A stretch of DNA of 64,000 nucleotides from Malacoraja senta. Taxonomy: Eukaryota. This document shows, piece after piece, positions 61,822-64,000 of this stretch. Positions within the stretch are counted from its first letter, which is position 1, and each line of letters begins with the position of its first letter. The stretch spans positions 321,098,001 through 321,162,000 of the forward strand of contig CM075977.1 in the NCBI GenBank assembly GCA_038087875.1, in the 5' to 3' direction. Below the pieces are notes generated by a model. The model searched no databases, was not told where the DNA came from, and saw only the letters and a program-made list of their open reading frames with translations. Position numbers and translations under genes: made by a program.

Positions 61822-62240
61822 GGCAAAGTGCTAGAGGAATTCAGCAGGTCAGGCAGAATCTCTGGAGAACATGAATAGGTGACGTTTTGGGTTAGGATTC
61901 TCCCTCAGACAGATTGTGGTGGGAAAGGGGGAGGGGCAAGACAAAGCCTGGCAAGTGATAGGTGGATACAGGTGGTGGTGGGTGGGGTGGGGATAGGCAG
62001 ATAGTTGGACAAAGGCCAGGCATGAAAAGAGAAAAAAATGTGAGATAAGGAGAGAAGAGATGAGAATTGTGAAGCCAAAAGGAAGATGTACAGGTGGATA
62101 GGGGCAGGACGATGAGGGGAAAAGAGAGAAGGGTGTGAATCCAGGTGGGACACAGGGAAGAGAGGATTTAAAAAAAAAGGGGGGGAAGGGACATTGTAGC
62201 TTAAGTTACCTAAAATTGAAAAATTGAATATTTATACCAA
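61822..62240 (-). mobile_element. Penelope 3' region and terminal-repeat fragment
   Basis: aaagtgctagaggaattcagcaggtcaggcag...ggtgacgttttggg; ttacctaaaattgaaaaattgaatatttatacca. Confidence 0.7.
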
Positions 62241-62244
62241 TCAC

Positions 62245-62820
62245 GATCCAATGGCTATCCAACCATTCCCAATAGCTTCAGTCCTTGTAAATCTTATCTG
62301 CCCTTTTTCCAGCTTAACAATATCCTTCCTTTAGCAGGGTGACCAAAACTGAACAGGCTAGTCCATATGAGGCCTCACCAATGTCTTGTACAATTGTAAT
62401 ATAAAGTCCCAACTACAATACTCAATACCGAGACTGAAGGCCAATGTTCCGAAAGCTTCTTGACCCGTCTATCTACCCGTGACGCACCTACAAGGAACTA
62501 TGTATCTGCACTCCCTGATCCCTCTGCTGTACGACACTCACCAGTGCCTTGCCATTCATTGTGAAGGTCCTGCCCCGTTTGACTTCCCAAAATGTAACAC
62601 CTCACACTTATCTGCATTAATTTGTGTTAGTAGGGGGAAACTGATTGCGTCTCTGTTCAAGGAAGAACCAGAGGGCCTTGAGACCTTCCTGGTGTGGGAT
62701 GAGTAATAAAAGGAATGGAATCCCCTTTGGGATTTGGAGATGATTTCAGTGGGGCAGGAGCAGGTAGAAATAAAGGGTCTGCCAAGGCAGTCCTGTTTGT
62801 GGATTTTAGATAGAAACAGT
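62245..62820 (-). mobile_element. Decayed CR1 RT fragment joined to a Penelope RT N-terminal fragment
   Basis: NADKCEVLHFGKSN (CR1); KIHKQDCLGRPFISTCSCPTEIISK (Penelope KIHK...RPIIS motif). Confidence 0.7.
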
Positions 62821-63381
62821 GAGAGGCTGGGTACTTTGGCCTTCATCAGTCTCAGTATTGAAATAATGTGGGGAGATGATGGGGGCTCAGAGATGAAGGT
62901 GCTGGATAGAGGTAGAAGGGAGAAGGACAGCAGGACCTAGTGATGTTAGTATTGAAGCCCCCTGTTGGAAGGCAGGAGGAGATGGACCAAGGGGAGTCAG
63001 TAGCGTGGAGGCCCCTGGCCAGAAAATCCCAAGTCCCCTCAACCATCAAATTTTTGAACCTAATCTTACTTTGGTAATGGAACACTAGACTACCATGGAC
63101 TTGTTTAACAAAATATTATTTTGCACTATTGTTTTGTTATCTTTGCAAAGTCTTTGTCTTGTGCAACTTGTCTAATTTGTGTCTAATTTATGTTTTTGTA
63201 TGTTGTCTATGTGTTTGTGATGCAGCTGCAATCAAATGTTTAATTGAACCTGTACCTCAGTATTTATCATACGACAATAAACTCGACTGGAATGCCCACA
63301 ATTTCCAGCTACTGTTTCAGTTTGCTGCTTTAACCGTCAGCCAATTTGTCAGTAGTGCAACAAAGAGTAGTGTTAGCGTAC

Positions 63382-63527
63382 CTTCCCCTGTTTGTAGCTG
63401 GCGAGTTAGGTGCAGAGTTTCCACTTATATTGCTTCCTGTTTCCAACCCCGGTGTTCTGGTTTGTGGCCTTCTACCAGCAGCTGACAAAGGTTTGTTTAC
63501 TGCACCCAATACTGTTGCTGGTTTAGG
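63382..63527 (-). CDS. PDS5A: PDS5A exon: PKPATVLGAVNKPLSAAGRRPQTRTPGLETGSNISGNSAPNSPATNRG(R)
   Basis: Acceptor attttcacag ends at 63528, donor gtacgc starts at 63381; 146 nt, phase 0/2; VLGAVNKPLS is a PDS5 hallmark. Confidence 0.95.
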
Positions 63528-63761
63528 CTGTGAAAATGATTAAGTTGCCATATGTGTCAAACAATGCAAATATACAATTTCAATTTATACATCATTTAGA
63601 AACTGATTTATCAAATAATGCAATTGCTAAATTATTTTATTTAGTATTCTCCAGTTGAAACTATTGCAAATGCATGACCTAACTGGCAAGATGAATTGAG
63701 AAATAACGGGTGAAATTTTTTAACCTTAAAAAAAATTGTAACTGATTAATGTCATGTTGCA

Positions 63762-63893
63762 TGTGTCGGAAGGAACTGCAGATGCTGGTTTCAACCAAAG
63801 ATAGACTAAATACTGGAGTAACTCAGCAGGACAGGCAGTGACTCTGGAGAGAAGGAATGGGTGATGTTTCGGGTCGCGACCCTTCTTCAGTCA
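63762..63893 (-). mobile_element. Penelope terminal-repeat fragment with a hammerhead-like motif
   Basis: Reverse complement ctgaagaagggtcgcgacccgaaacatcaccc. Confidence 0.78.
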
Positions 63894-64000
63894 GATTTTA
63901 TATGAATGAAACACAATCCATTGTAATTAATAATCTTACTATGTAATTATATAAAAACACATATTATATATCCCCCCCCTGAGGTACCAGGTGTCTGGAA

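Noticed and set aside
1-64000. tRNA, rRNA, snoRNA genes or prokaryotic systems
   Set aside because: None recognised; tRNA-like boxes occur only as SINE heads.

Overview
Vertebrate genomic DNA; the repeat content (abundant CR1 LINEs, Penelope-like elements, V-SINE and Deu-domain SINEs) suggests a cartilaginous fish such as a skate or ray (inference). Two convergent genes flank the window: the last three coding exons of UBE2K (+, 1565-18296) and the last four exons of PDS5A (-, 63527 down to about 49350), the same tail-to-tail order as in mammals. A 200-N gap lies at 29313-29512. Most other ORFs in the track are transposon debris: CR1 (one near full length, with an esterase ORF1), L1, Rex1/Babar, RTE-derived, Tc1 and Penelope/Neptune. 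Main observations: (1) a 1.2-kb segment in a UBE2K intron, bounded by 19-bp inverted repeats, carries a captured ZFP36/tristetraprolin fragment and looks like a Pack-type DNA transposon; (2) a family of short Penelope-derived insertions has 11-16 bp target duplications and carries a minimal hammerhead-ribozyme motif with a conserved helix II; (3) the last PDS5A intron gives the same protein whether spliced or retained; (4) one LINE resembles invertebrate elements; (5) the complete CR1 has tandem 78-bp monomers at its 5' end. All family assignments come from recalled motifs; no searches were run.
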